Below, in pieces: positions 14,482 to 27,098 of a DNA stretch of 64,000 nucleotides; position 1 is the stretch's first letter, and every line of letters begins with the position of its first letter. Origin of the DNA: Ruditapes philippinarum. Taxonomy: Eukaryota. The notes under the pieces were generated by a model, which saw only the letters and a list, made by a program, of their open reading frames with translations, did no database searches and had not been told where the DNA came from. The stretch lies in the NCBI RefSeq assembly GCF_026571515.1, contig NW_026865120.1, positions 1 to 64,000 on the forward strand. Direction: 5' to 3'. Both the position numbers and the translations under genes were made by a program.

Positions 14482-14984
14482 GCCGTCAGCAAGCGATTTC
14501 TATTTCTTGTTCTATGGAATTGAACGTGTTGTTTTGAGGGGAAAAGTTTGAAAACAGTTCAAATCAGTCACTGATTTTGCATGTTTGCTTGGGATTTGAC
14601 GGAAGAGACATGGCATCTGAAATGATGGACATTTAGATCGTTATAGTGAGGCAAAGTTATGTTTACATAGGAAATGTGCACATGAATGTAATTGGTCAAC
14701 AACGTAATAGAGTTTTGGAAGGGACATTTCATTGTACAGTTTTATTTCCATGTATTATTTGACAACTTGTATTGTAAATAAACCTTTGCTCTTTGTTTCT
14801 ACATGTACATTTGTATTTCTTTCAACATTTTGTCTAATGTTAGCTTTTTTATAACATGCGAAAAATGTAATATATTTACAATAAAAGCTTTTTTCTACAC
14901 TGACTTTTGGATGGTATATTTGTAGTTTTTTAAGTTTATTTAAAAACTTGTTTTCTATTAGTAAGATTGATTTTGTCAATTGTT

Positions 14985-15371
14985 TAATAGAAAGAGCATC
15001 GAAACACAAGGCTATCTGATGTTGCTTCTCGAGTATAAATCATATTGTCGAGTGTTTTGATGGTATTTCCTTTTTTTATCATAGACAAAAACAAAAACAC
15101 ATTCCCAGTCGTCACAATATAAAACCCCTGAAAAACGTAACCAATGAACGAGCATCTGAATATCGATCCCTTTCTCTGTCGTCAAAATACTTAAATCCCA
15201 GAAAAAAATATAAGCCAACCAATGTGCATGCTCTATTTCATTTCCAACAGACAATGTGATAACTAGAGTGCAGGTAACTAATACATGCACTCCAGTTAAC
15301 TCACTGCATATAATGTGTATACAATTTATCTCTGACACAATTTGAACACAAGGTCCCCAAACTATGATACA
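14985..15371 (-). repeat. About 380-bp dispersed repeat, inverted copy of 19888-20252
   Basis: The reverse complement aligns through tgtatcatagtttggggacc, gacgacagagaaaggga, tattcagatgctcgttcattggttac and gatgctctttctatta. Confidence 0.8.
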
Positions 15372-18269
15372 ACTTCCAGTTATATAGCCGACGGTACCTG
15401 TACTTGTAACAACATACACAATGTCTTAAAGTAATCATGAAGGAATAATGAAGGATATCAGTGTTTCTAAATAAACTATTAATAAGCATAGGTGTTGTGT
15501 CTTCTTTAATTAAGAAGCGCGACAAACGCTGCAACAAAACAAATATAAAATAAAATAACAAAAACAAAACGCAGCCTTATAATCAGAATGCTTCACTACG
15601 TTTGATTGGTGTAACCAGTATCTAATTATAAATCACTTTGTTTTTTGCAATTGAAATATCTGCAATAATAATATGCACTGCTCGGTTAACTTGTCATAAT
15701 TTTAATAAAATGGTCATAATGTCTTAATTCGTATGTATATTAAATGTCAAAGTTGTCTTGCTACACTATACGATTCCGAAGCAGACATTTGACGAATATC
15801 AGGATACCTGAATACGTGATGGCATTCTAATTCAAACTGAAGACGTGATGGCATTTCAATACAAACTGTTTATAGATAGGTTAAGTGTTCTTAAACAGGG
15901 TATTTTTTGTTGTAGATAATAACCATCCTGACAGGCCTTATACCTCTGTTACCAAGGCCAACATTGCTCCTAAAGAATTTGTTGACGGGACAGATGTGCT
16001 GTTTTGTCGGAAAAAGGTAACAGCCAGTTGTACTGACATATCCGATGAAAGTGTGCAAACAATTCTGACATATCGTGTGGAAACTCTAAAAGTTTTCGTT
16101 TAATGATTACCGCGGAAAAAAAGATCAATGAATAAAATGGGCCCATGGATCCCTGAAACGATACAATGGCTGCAACGTCGTGATATATTTCTAACTAGTT
16201 AAAGTGTGATATACATGTATTTCTTACTATTAAAAGTTGACTGACTAAACGTGTGTCCATATTTTGAGCCAAAGAGAAGAAGTTAGATATGGAGTGAAAC
16301 GATGATAAATTAAATATCTTATTCTAGTTAAAATGATCCTCACAATAATTATTGTTCGTTTCGTCATATTGCATTCGGGCAATAAAAGTACACATTAATT
16401 AAATTTCAATAAAGTGAAATAATATTTAATTTACAACAAGGATCGTCCTTGCAAAGGATGGTGAGGAGTAATGACAGTTGTTTTGGCCTTTGTTTTATAC
16501 TAAATGATCCCCGTATTAACATCGTGCATTTATCTCTATAACATTTTTTAATTCACAAGTCTCAAGAAAATGCTTTCTTGAAAAATCCAAAAGGTTCTCT
16601 AGGCTTTTCATCACAAAGGTACTAAATTAACACATTTTATCATCCTAATGGGCTTGTTAAAATCGTGACAGGATGTGTTTGGGTAAAGAGCGATACAGAA
16701 ATCCAAATGTAATGACAGAACTTCTTTCAGGACCCTCATGTTGCTTTTCGTTGACATTGGTTACCCTTTTTAAGAAAGGTTTGCATAAGGGTAAAGTAAA
16801 CTTATGTATAAAGCAAGGAAATGCTTGCTTGAAATTCAAACTATGTTAAAACATTTTGTTGTTAATCGTTTGATATCACACTCTTGTTCAAACCTTATTA
16901 GATAATGTTTAAGATATGTTTCTGTTACTGTTTTAATATGTGAGCACAAAGTTATGATTTTGTTGATGTCAGTTTTATTTTTGGATGAAATATTTACGAA
17001 ATATTCGAAAAATATCGAAGAAAAGACTATAGAATGATAAACATACAACAAATCAGGGAATGGCGCCTGCAATCTTGAACCGATCTTTAGAAAATATTTG
17101 GAGAAATTGAAAGACGTTCCTGAATATGGAAAGGTAACTGAACAGCTGCTTTATTGTAAAACAACACACACATTCATTGACTTGACTAAATTTGATGTTT
17201 TTTTGTTCCAGATTTTCTTTTCATTTTCTTTCAAGGCTTATATATATGCTATATACTAACCTCACAGAGGATAATAGCCATAGCTTGTCCCACAAAATTT
17301 GTATAATTTATAAAATATTATAGCAAACTTATCTATAAAAAAGTAAATTATTGTTATATTAACCCTGGAGTCAATATCAGATCTGTATGCATGTTTTCTT
17401 TTTTCTCTCAAAAAATCTATAATACATGTATGCATAAAATGTTAATGTTATATTTTTTTCCCGGTGACTTACATTGTAACCTGACGTGACGCCCATTTCA
17501 AAATGGCGACGCCCATACTGACGTCTTTTAAGGTTCGTCTCACAATTAACATTGCATGTTCTAGATAATAATGAAAAAAATGATAATTCTATTTATTTAC
17601 TAATCTTTGTTAAGCTATAATATTTGACTTTTTCTCAGCTAAATTCTAAATAGACGAGTACCTCTGTATAGACAATTTATAGTGCGCGTGAGTGAATGCG
17701 TGCGCGTGTGTGTTTATTGTTTTGAAACACTAGATAAGAGATCACCAATTTTTACATTAAAAGTTCACTAATTTGACCTTTGACAATACAGATATTTTAA
17801 TTTGCGGTACAAGGAAGTTGAAACATCAGAAAGAGTTAGCGTGTACTCCATTATATCAAAACTGTTCAAACGGTATCTAATTCCGTCCCTCTTTTTATCA
17901 CGGAAGTAAGATAGGTCTATCTAGTTCTTTTTCTCTTTGAGCTGTAAATATTTATGCTACTCGCCTTTGAAATAAGCATTCATTGTGTTATTTTAGGCAT
18001 ATTTTGTAATTTTAAACGCAAACATTACAAGCAAGTTTGCTAACCGTCTGAGAGAAGCTCGTGTTTATACTTAAACGTGTTTTGTCGCTTTAGTATGATT
18101 TTCAAAATTTATCAAACATTATAAAAAGGTATTGTGATTCATACAGACACATTCACAGAGAAAAAAGCTAAACCTTAAGTTTAGATCCAGAGAGTTTCTT
18201 AAGATGTATTTTTAAAGCAATTATTTTCATTTTACTTTTTTCGAGATACTCTTTTAGCAGTTTATCTGT

Positions 18270-18400
18270 GGCAACAGGGCCGAGTGATTTGCGCGTCGGC
18301 CTATAATTCAAGGGTTGCTTGCCTGGTGGGTTCAAATCCCGTCAGGGGTAAGCAAATGTTTTTTTTTTTCAACAAAAAAACTTTACACTCATAGCTTAGT
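18270..18400 (+). mobile_element. tRNA-derived SINE (CORE-type), truncated
   Basis: A-box ggccgagtga, B-box gggttcaaatccc, then aaactttacactcatagcttagta, as in the copies at 23.8 and 38.1 kb. Confidence 0.7.
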
Positions 18401-19887
18401 AATAATATCATGTCTTTTATTAAAGACAGATGGCGGGAAAGTGTATAACGTCTGTGTTGTATTGATACAACTGTGTTATAGCCAACAGTTACAGGTGTGC
18501 GTCAATATCTAAAGCTGCGAGTCGGATTGGTTGCTCATTGTAAATCATTTATACTTCAGATTAGACCTCAGGTAGAGTTACGCACACAATCTTGAAGCAA
18601 TGAAAACGTTTTTTTACATTCAAGCAGTTGTCGAATCTTTATTGTTTTCATGGCTTCAACTAAAAAAAATGTGAAGAGTATGCTATTTTTGGCCAGCTGA
18701 CTCTCGGTCAATATATAGGGACATTTTCTACTTCGTTATAATCGGCTTTTAAATTAGCAATGATTATGGATTTACTTTTACACATTTTAATAAAACTTTT
18801 CATTACAGTGAATATGGCGCCTCAACGGAGAGCCTATATTAAGATATAGAAAAATACATATAACTGAATTCTACGTTATACATTTAGCATCATTTATGAC
18901 ATTATTATGAAATGAACTCTTTAGAAGGAACGACATTAAATTTATATAAAGATTTTCATATTTATCTTATCTGTAAGAAGCATTTTTTGTAATGTCGCAA
19001 CTTGCGTGAGATTATATAACGATTGTCCATATGTTTGACTATAAATTATTAGCATTGTTTAAACTATTTATTGACATTTTTAAATATATTTCTATATCTA
19101 TTACAAGTTTGTAACTTAAACGTACAAGCCGACTTTTGTTAAGTTCATGTGGATTAATTAAATCAATGAGGTATTTTTTTATAATTGAATATAGTTATAT
19201 AACTGGAGGCGTAATATCTTCAAAAATCTAAAACGTTTTTGAGCCTTTCCTTTATAATGCGTAAATAACATATTAGTATAACTTGATTCATATTAAAATA
19301 TTTTTTCAAAATATAGGGATCAGTGGAGAGAGTTCTTTTCGAGCCAAGGCCACGTATCAATTGTTTATACTCAGGAGTGTGTTTAGTTTTGCTCAAACTT
19401 TCATCATCACATATTTGTTACAACTTAATATCTTTTTTCTAACTTTGTAACCTTTTTTAAATTATTTTTTATCCGCGAGGCATACACAACGAAACGTAAC
19501 GTTATATGTGACCAATACAAATACTGACGTTAGTAAATTTGATTTCTGTCTTTTTCGTTTCATTTTCTTTTCCTTCTTTATATTTGACATTACTTGTTGA
19601 CTAGTAAAAACATAAATTATAAACCACTTTTTCTATCTACATGTATAGATCAATTTTAGATGTACTGCCTGTAAGGGGTATGTTTTAACTGCTTGCATTA
19701 TTAATACTAACAAAGCTAAATTGTTTTCTTTTAATCTGGACAAAAAATAGCATTAATCATTTTAGAGAAATTCAAAATTAGTATTGATTGAATAATAGTG
19801 AACGGTGTAAACTATGAGTGCCGGCTGATCTTGGTCTGTACTGGTCACACTTGTATGTCTATTGCCGCCAGCGGACTAAAGGTTAAT

Positions 19888-20252
19888 TGTATCATAGTTT
19901 GGGGACCTTTCTGTTGAAAACGTGTCAGAGTTAAATCGCATACATATACATGCACACTGCGTTAACTGGAATGGATGTATTATTTACCAGCACTCCAGAG
20001 CATTGATTGGCTCATTTTGCCTGGGCTTTACTTATTGTGACGACAGAGAAAGGGAAAGCGGCAGAAATATCATATTCAGATGCTCGTTCATTGGTTACTT
20101 TTTTCTGGGGATTTATATTGTGACAACAGGGAACGTGTTGTTATGTTTGACTATGATACCAAAGAGAAAGAACACCAAAACACTCGGCAATCTGATTTAT
20201 ACGCCCCCTCGTACAACTCAGATAGCCTCGTGTTTCGGTGCTCTTTCTATTA
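19888..20252 (+). repeat. About 365-bp dispersed repeat, inverted partner of 14985-15371
   Basis: See the partner copy. It has two internal sub-repeats, each starting with ATTGG. Confidence 0.8.
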
Positions 20253-21198
20253 CATAGAGTGGACATATTTAGGATGACTTATCTGTAATACCTTTGAACT
20301 TGATGAACTGTTTACCGACATTTAAGAGAATGTTATCTTCTTGTCTGTCTATACAGCGGACTCAAACATTTGTAAATGGCTGTCAAAGTGTTGAAATACA
20401 TTAGCTATTTTCCATCCGGGTTTATGTATATGAGGTCATAGCGGAAAGTGAATTGTGCCGTCTTAAATACCGGAATATCTTGGTAACAGTACGATAACAT
20501 GTGTGTCTATAAAATGTACACAATGTACTATCAACTGTTTACAATGTATTTAATTTATTAACATCCTTATTATTCATAAGTTCATTTAGTACGTTTTATT
20601 TTCTTCCATGATTTATATCTGTGATTATAAACCCCATTGTAATGCAATATTTATTCTAAGAAATAGCTAAACATATTTTAAGCAGGAATGTTAAAGGTGT
20701 TATTTATATCATAAGTGATGAAATATACTAAAATTATTTCAAAATCTCTTACAATCACATTGTATTCATGTCTGAAGGGAGACATTTTTATTTTTTTTTA
20801 TAAATAAATGTAAAACTAAATCTCTTTTAATTAACGCGCATGAAATTGATATATAATTTTGTAAGAAAAAAGAAATGTCATCATTCCTTTTGAAAATATT
20901 AAACTTTAAATTTCTGTAGGTTAAGTAATGATATCGCGTCCTTTCAAAATTCTATGCTTTCGGTTAATGTTATTTTGTTTAATTTGAATCAAGATTCAAA
21001 CAAATATGTGTCTGAATTTTATGCTGTCCAATGTATTTTGTATCTTATTAATGACAAAAATAATAAAATGATTTAATGTACTTAAATTACGCTAAAATGA
21101 TATTTTTAAAGTCCCGCCTTTATATTTAATTTTAGGACATTTACAAAAAAATGAATGAAAAAAAAAAGAAATGAAAATTTTGTCTGTGTCTCCCTTTA

Positions 21199-22161
21199 TA
21201 CTGCCCTCACACATACCTCGCGACCTTACTGCGTCCTTACTGCGACCTTGCTACGACCCAGGACGCAGCACAGTCGCCATGGACGCAGCAGGGACGCAGC
21301 GAGGTCGTAGCGAGGAACCCAAGGACGCACAAGGTCGCAGACCGTCGGCGACTATTTTGAACATGCACAAAACAGTCGCAGAAACTCTGCGTTCTTGCTG
21401 AGTCCTGGTTAGGTCGCCGTGGGATCGCAGTGGAGTCGCCATAGTCGCAGCAGCATCGTAGTAAGGACGCAATAAGAACGCAATAGACGTAGTACACTCG
21501 TACTAAGGACGCCGCTGTTTCAACAGACTGTGGACCACTAGAAGACTGTTTGTATGCGTCTCCGCCAGTGGATGAAGCCGCGATTTCTACACACTGTGAA
21601 CCACTACCAAACTGCATATCTGAAGCGGCGACTGGGTCAACTTGTAGCACTTTAGAGACCCTCGCTCTTTTGCCTCGTCCGCCTCTCATCTTTGGAATAA
21701 TATGGATGATTTAACTTAATACTAATTAAATATACGTCTTCACTCGTTGAAGGTCAGACTCAGAATGAAATTTACTGGTAAAAAGTATTGTTTTTATAGA
21801 CGTAGCAAGAACGTAGTAGGGTCGTCGTACAGTCGCAGGACAGTCGCCGGACAAACGCAATAGTCGTCGTAGAGTCGCCGTAAGGACGCAGAGAACATAG
21901 CACAGTCGCAGCTGGGTCGCCGATGATCGCCGTGGGGTCGCCTTGGGGACGCAATACAGTCGCAGTGGAAACGCCATGGACGTAGAAGGGTCGTATTGAG
22001 GACATAGAGAAAACGTACTGAACACAAGACTGCAGAGCCCCGGACCGTCTGCGAGAGAAATTTTGGAAATTTGAAAGAAAACCAACGATTTTCGAAAGAA
22101 AAATGCTATTTTACTAGTTTTCAGGTCGCAGTAAGGTCGTGGTTTATGTGTGAGGGCAGCA
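21199..22161. mobile_element. PIF/Harbinger-type MITE (963 bp, GC-rich)
   Basis: TIRs TACTGCCCTCACACAT...ATGTGTGAGGGCAGCA, extended by cgaccttactgcg / cgcagtaaggtcg. TTA lies on both sides (21196-21198, 22162-22164). The interior is built of gtcgcag/ggacgca repeats and has no transposase. Confidence 0.85.
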
Positions 22162-22630
22162 TTAAAGCCGAACACGTTCCTGGCGCTGTTGGTATAACAG
22201 CTTCCATATCATGTATTGAAAATTTGAAGATAGAAAACGTCATAGCGCCTTTCTGGCCTTTTTAGTACAACCAATGTTGCATTTCACGAACAGAACTTGA
22301 AGTAAGAATCAACGTTTGCAAATATCTTCAATATGTTTATGTGTGTTTTTCAGTCTCTCCCGATGGATCTACCTGTTAAATTAGTAAACCGCCCCGCTTT
22401 TGGAAACCGGCTTTCACTCACGCCTGCTAGGGTACGTGAGGATGACGCACTTTTTCATTATCTCTCATGTACAGTCTCAATCAAACCGAGTCTGCAATTT
22501 TCATGTTATTTTGCTGTGATTAATGCTTCCGAGGGATAACTTTGTTTCCAGATATTTTTCTCTGTTTATTACGTATTATGCATTATGTATAATTTATTTA
22601 TTTGCAGATACTTAAACTGAATGAGAAAAA

Positions 22631-25600
22631 ATGGCATTTTCACTAAGAGGAAAGCCTATCTTCAAACTATCTATGTTCCTAACAACCCTGTTGTCAACTA
22701 CAACCATTGTCAAAGGTCACGGACGCTTGATGGAACCGCCTTCGAGGTCAACTGCTTTTCGATTTGGCTTTGCAACTCCTCATAACTATAATGATAATCA
22801 ACTTAGCTGTGGAGGATATTGGGTAGTTGATATAAAGTATTCGAATTTATGATAAATCTACTGGAAAATTATATTAAGTCCTTTGCAATTATTTAGACCT
22901 TAGTTTAAACTACAATGACGAGTAAAGCATATTGTCATGGCAGTTTATAGTCATGTTATCGTTAAAGGCCCTTTGAGCCCCAAAAGTGCTTAAATTCATA
23001 TTTTTCAAAAGCCTTTTACTCTTGATTTTTTGTTTTCTTTATCAAATAGGGCGTATTGACCAAATAGCAGTCGCCTTTTGCTTCTATGGCATAAAAGTAA
23101 TTATTTAAGTTAAAGTGATTAAGCATTTTGAATGGAAGTAAAAATTCCACTTCGTTTACATTTTGCCATATTTATGACATAAATTTCACTTCAAGGACTT
23201 CTCTGTTCAAATGATAAGCGCGTATCATGCTTCAGTTCCATTCTTATAACATTATAAAAACAATGCTTGCCTTTTTAGGGAAAATTATTAGTATTTATTT
23301 CTGCGGACAAATGTGCCTTTATTTACTCAAAAATACACACATAAAGAAAAGAAACAAATAAGTTTAAACTTATTTTACAAATTAATGCAACCCTATGTTT
23401 AGAATAATGGATCAGAGTTAGTATTTCAATGCTGAATACAATTTAAGCATATATTGATAATAAAATACACAAAGGTATTGTTCTTATTATTTGCAAACAG
23501 AATCAATGGGAACTGAATCAAGGACGCTGTGGTATTTGTGGGGATCCATACCAGGGTCCACGTGAAAACGAGGCTGGCGGGAAATACGCTAAAGGGACAA
23601 TAGTTCGCCATTACAAGGAAGGGCAGAACATAGATGTAGAAATTGGTAATTTATTATACATGTACGATATACAATAAACAGGAGTGTGGATGGTAGCGGG
23701 TTCAAGACGTATGGTCAAATCAAATGATTCTTGCGTTGGTTTACACAAATTTATGTTAGTTAGATTGTGTTGGAAGCAATAAGCATATTGAAACACTATC
23801 AAATCTTTTCCCGGAACCAACAAGTTCTAAGCAATGAGTGTAAAGTTTCTTGTTCAAGGAAACAACGACTTGCCCCTGACAGGGTTTGAACACACGCGGT
23901 CAGCAATCCTTAGATTACTAGTCCGATATGTTAACCGCCTTGCCACGCCGCATTGATTTGCCTTCTGGGGGGGAGTATGATAATTTTCTTTGCGCGGATC
24001 CAAATTCTATAGGCCTATATTTCAATACCCTTCGTTCCAATCGCCCAACTATTAGGTATCTAGCAAAGTTACGTATATATACTGGGATAAAATTAGTTTT
24101 TTTTTTGAGTGACTAATTATGTATTAACACAACAACTGATACTGGTCCGAAAAAGGTAACAGCCTTTTGACATTTTTTTTTAAACATATCTTGATAGATC
24201 TATTATTCTAAGCCTTGTACATTTCAAAAGTTTTGTATTATCAAATAATAAGCTTTTTATAAGAAAGTTAATGGGTTAAGTCTTTAAGACAAATAACAAT
24301 TTAGACATATTTATTATCTTCTTAGAATTGATGGTTGGACACGGTGGATGGTCAGAATTCCGGATATGCCCAAATAATAACATACACAAAGCAGCAACAC
24401 AACAATGCTTAGATAAATACCTTCTAGCGACACCTGGCGGACAAACTAGATTTGAACATGCGCACATGGAGATTGGTCTCCACAAATATGAATTAAAGCT
24501 TCCATCTGGGCTTACGTGCACTCAGTGTGTTCTACAGTGGAGATGGAACACTGGTAGGTGAAGTATATATCGATTCAATCAATCTTAACCAGTACGATAT
24601 CAAATGTAAGTCAGTCACCAATCCAGTGATTACACAGAGACATGTAATTGAAAATCGCAGACAGAAAAAAAGAAAAGTAAATATCCCCAACGCCATTTTG
24701 ATTTTTTATACCTTTACGGTATATATGCTTCAATGAAAAACTCCCAAAGACACCCTCACAGATAGTTCCTCCTTACATAACTTCGTATATAATTTTTCGG
24801 GATAATAAGGTGATATTGGATATTTCCCCTACGTCTCTTATAGGCTTACCTGTCCTTTGGTTAACCCATACAGCCATGTGTTATTCAAAGGTATATCTTC
24901 AAAATCATAGTATCATTATCCTATAATGCAAAACAAATTAAATGTTGTTTTTTTTTTCATTTTAACAAAAGTCATGCTTTAACAAGATAATTGATAAAGA
25001 TATGTTGAACTACATTTAGCGTAAAAGTAACTTTTATGACGCTATTTGGTTTATTGACGTCGTATCTTACGTCATATGACGTATTTACGAGAAATCTCTT
25101 TTTAAGTCCTATGTATTTGAGAGGGGGGAATAGTGTGAAGCGTGTTAGAATTAATGGTATATTATCGCTCATTTGCCTTTACATATGTATATAAAAGTGA
25201 TTTAAAGACACATATCGGAAATCTAAAGATTCACCCTTACATTTTATACAACTGACAGATCTGATTTCGGTACAAAACAATCACTTTTTAAGTTGAAAGA
25301 AAAATAGGCCAGCTGAGTTACGCATTACCTAATGTACGACATAACTTTGCTATATTTGTGATTCTCAAACTTTTATATGTTGTAAAATTTCAGATTCTAA
25401 CAACAATTGCAATTTTGTTACCCACAAGAATTGCTGTAACGGTTGCGGACCTCAAGAACAATTCTACGGTTGTTCAGATGTATCAATCGAACGTGCCACA
25501 AATATCGTACATTACGCGTCACAAACAACGCCACGTGCTCCACCACATCCGTTTCAAGAAAGAGTTACTAGACCAGAGAGACCAATGGGTTTCATACCAA

Positions 25601-25647
25601 TAGATGTAATGGGTCGTTATTTGAAGGAAGCCAAAATAAAAACATAA
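22631..25647 (+). CDS. AA15-family LPMO, paralogue 2, 272 aa, secreted
   Basis: Exons 22631-22822, 23501-23645, 24326-24553, 25394-25647 (819 nt, same phases as paralogue 1). The signal peptide ends TIVKG|H. Motifs: HGRLMEPPSRST, NYNDNQLSCGG, CGICGDP, LMVGHGGWSEFRIC, CTQCVLQW, GCGPQEQFYGCSDV. A P/T/R-rich tail ends PMGFIPIDVMGRYLKEAKIKT*. Confidence 0.95.
23750..23952 (-). mobile_element. tRNA-derived CORE-type SINE in LPMO2 coding intron 2
   Basis: Reverse complement reads gcgtggcaaggcggttaac...gtgttcaaaccc...gtttccttgaacaagaaactttacactcattgcttag...gttggttccggg. Confidence 0.8.
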
Positions 25648-26140
25648 AAAATATCAATTACACATGAATACATAATCATGTTTTACATAGTTAACAAAGT
25701 TTTAAATGAATTTTAGTAAAGTTTGATGCCCTTGATTCTTCTTTTATTTGATCTGACATTTTGCTATTTCAAAATTTCATCCTTTTTGATAATAATTTTA
25801 TATAACATTAAATATTTACAGCTAAAATTAATTATAAAGAAAGGATGTAAAAATCTTTATTTCTGTTTGGAAATACAGGAATTTAGACTGCTTTTGGATT
25901 CATTTTTTCCATTTATATTCTGACTCATTCTTGAATCTATAAACCACAAACGTCTTTATTTCATAGAAATGAGCAGTTTCCTCCTTCACTCTGTTATCAG
26001 CATCTTAAGTATCAATTCTACATTTCCTGTAATATAATTGGCGGAATACACCCGGAATAAAATTTTAAAGATAAATTTTAAATTAATAACAAGACGATAA
26101 TCTTGCTGTCAAACAAAGGTGCGCACGTGAAGTACATTCG

Positions 26141-26208
26141 TATATATATATATAACTGACTCTGCCAAACATTTCATACAGAGATAACTGGACAATCATT
26201 GAAATAAG
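26141..26208 (+). promoter_or_regulatory. Probable TATA box and 5' UTR exon of LPMO3
   Basis: A (TA)n-TATAA tract at 26141-26155, donor aag|gtaggt at 26208/26209, and acceptor tttacag at 27071 before ATG 27099. This is the same layout as LPMO1. Confidence 0.5.
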
Positions 26209-26689
26209 GTAGGTGATTTTTATTGCTCATTCTTTTTAAGTAAAGAAATAAAATGACAATTTCGATCCTGTTAATATCGGTGTTGCATCGGAAATAATAT
26301 TATGCCTCAGAACCGAATAAACTTTAACTTCTTAAAGAACCTGTAACTCAATGTTTATGGTTTTATATAATAAATATAATGCCCAAATGGAAATGTATCA
26401 ATATTGTAAGTTCCAAAAAGCATTAAAGATATTACCGAATTTACGTTTCGTGTTAATAAAGGGTGGTATTTAGAAATTTGTTTTCTAACACAAATATTTC
26501 AATAAGAAATGAATGCAATATATTTTGATGATTAAATATAATGTGTACAAATATTTCAATGTTTGAAAATTGTTTAGAAACTTAATTATATACATATATA
26601 TAATTTCACTAAAGTGTAGTAACTATCTTAATTACAACATACAGAATTTTTAAGCAAGGGCATACATGAATTTTATAAGGTATAATTAA

Positions 26690-26943
26690 TGATATTAGCG
26701 TATGTTAGATGCTTGTAACCTGCAGAAATATCGATAAATGTGAAAAGATTTGTCATCAATTAGCAAAAATGTAAACAAAATAGTATTTTGACTTCAATAT
26801 ATAAGAATAATAATTTCTAAAAAGCAACAGAAGCAAAAGATGCTTCAGGTAGCTGGCCAATGAGAAACTTTCTTGAAACTTTTGAAATACATTAAAATAA
26901 TAAAAAGATTTTGAGAAAAATATAAATCATAATGGGCCTTTAA
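26690..26943 (+). mobile_element. TTAA-flanked MITE, partial copy (same family as 11230-11585)
   Basis: ttagatgcttgtaacctgcag...aaaatgtaaacaaaatagtattttgac...ggccaatga...gggcctttaa is collinear with the copy upstream of LPMO1. Confidence 0.65.
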
Positions 26944-27098
26944 GGAAGGTTGTTATTTTAACAAACAAACTCCATAATATACAAGCAAATCTTAACCTTT
27001 ATAATTATCTTGTGTCTTTGACAGATTCTTGTAAAGTTTTCTTTACTTTCATTCTTTTCGAACATTTACAGATAACTACAAAACTGAAAAAGAAAGAA

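Noticed and set aside
15885-17135. Possible exon or pseudogene fragments between LPMO1 and LPMO2
   Set aside because: No recognisable motif, and no phase-consistent exon chain could be built.
15012-20277. Similar ORFs 15012-15419 (-) and 19922-20277 (+) as paralogous genes
   Set aside because: The similarity is at DNA level with frame-breaking indels. No splice or start support.
20508-20550. TATAAAA as the LPMO2 promoter
   Set aside because: Plausible, but there is no convincing donor site at a suitable distance, so it is not called.
21171-22265. Cluster of overlapping 64-150 aa ORFs
   Set aside because: Stop-poor frames caused by the GC-rich repetitive MITE. No transposase motifs.
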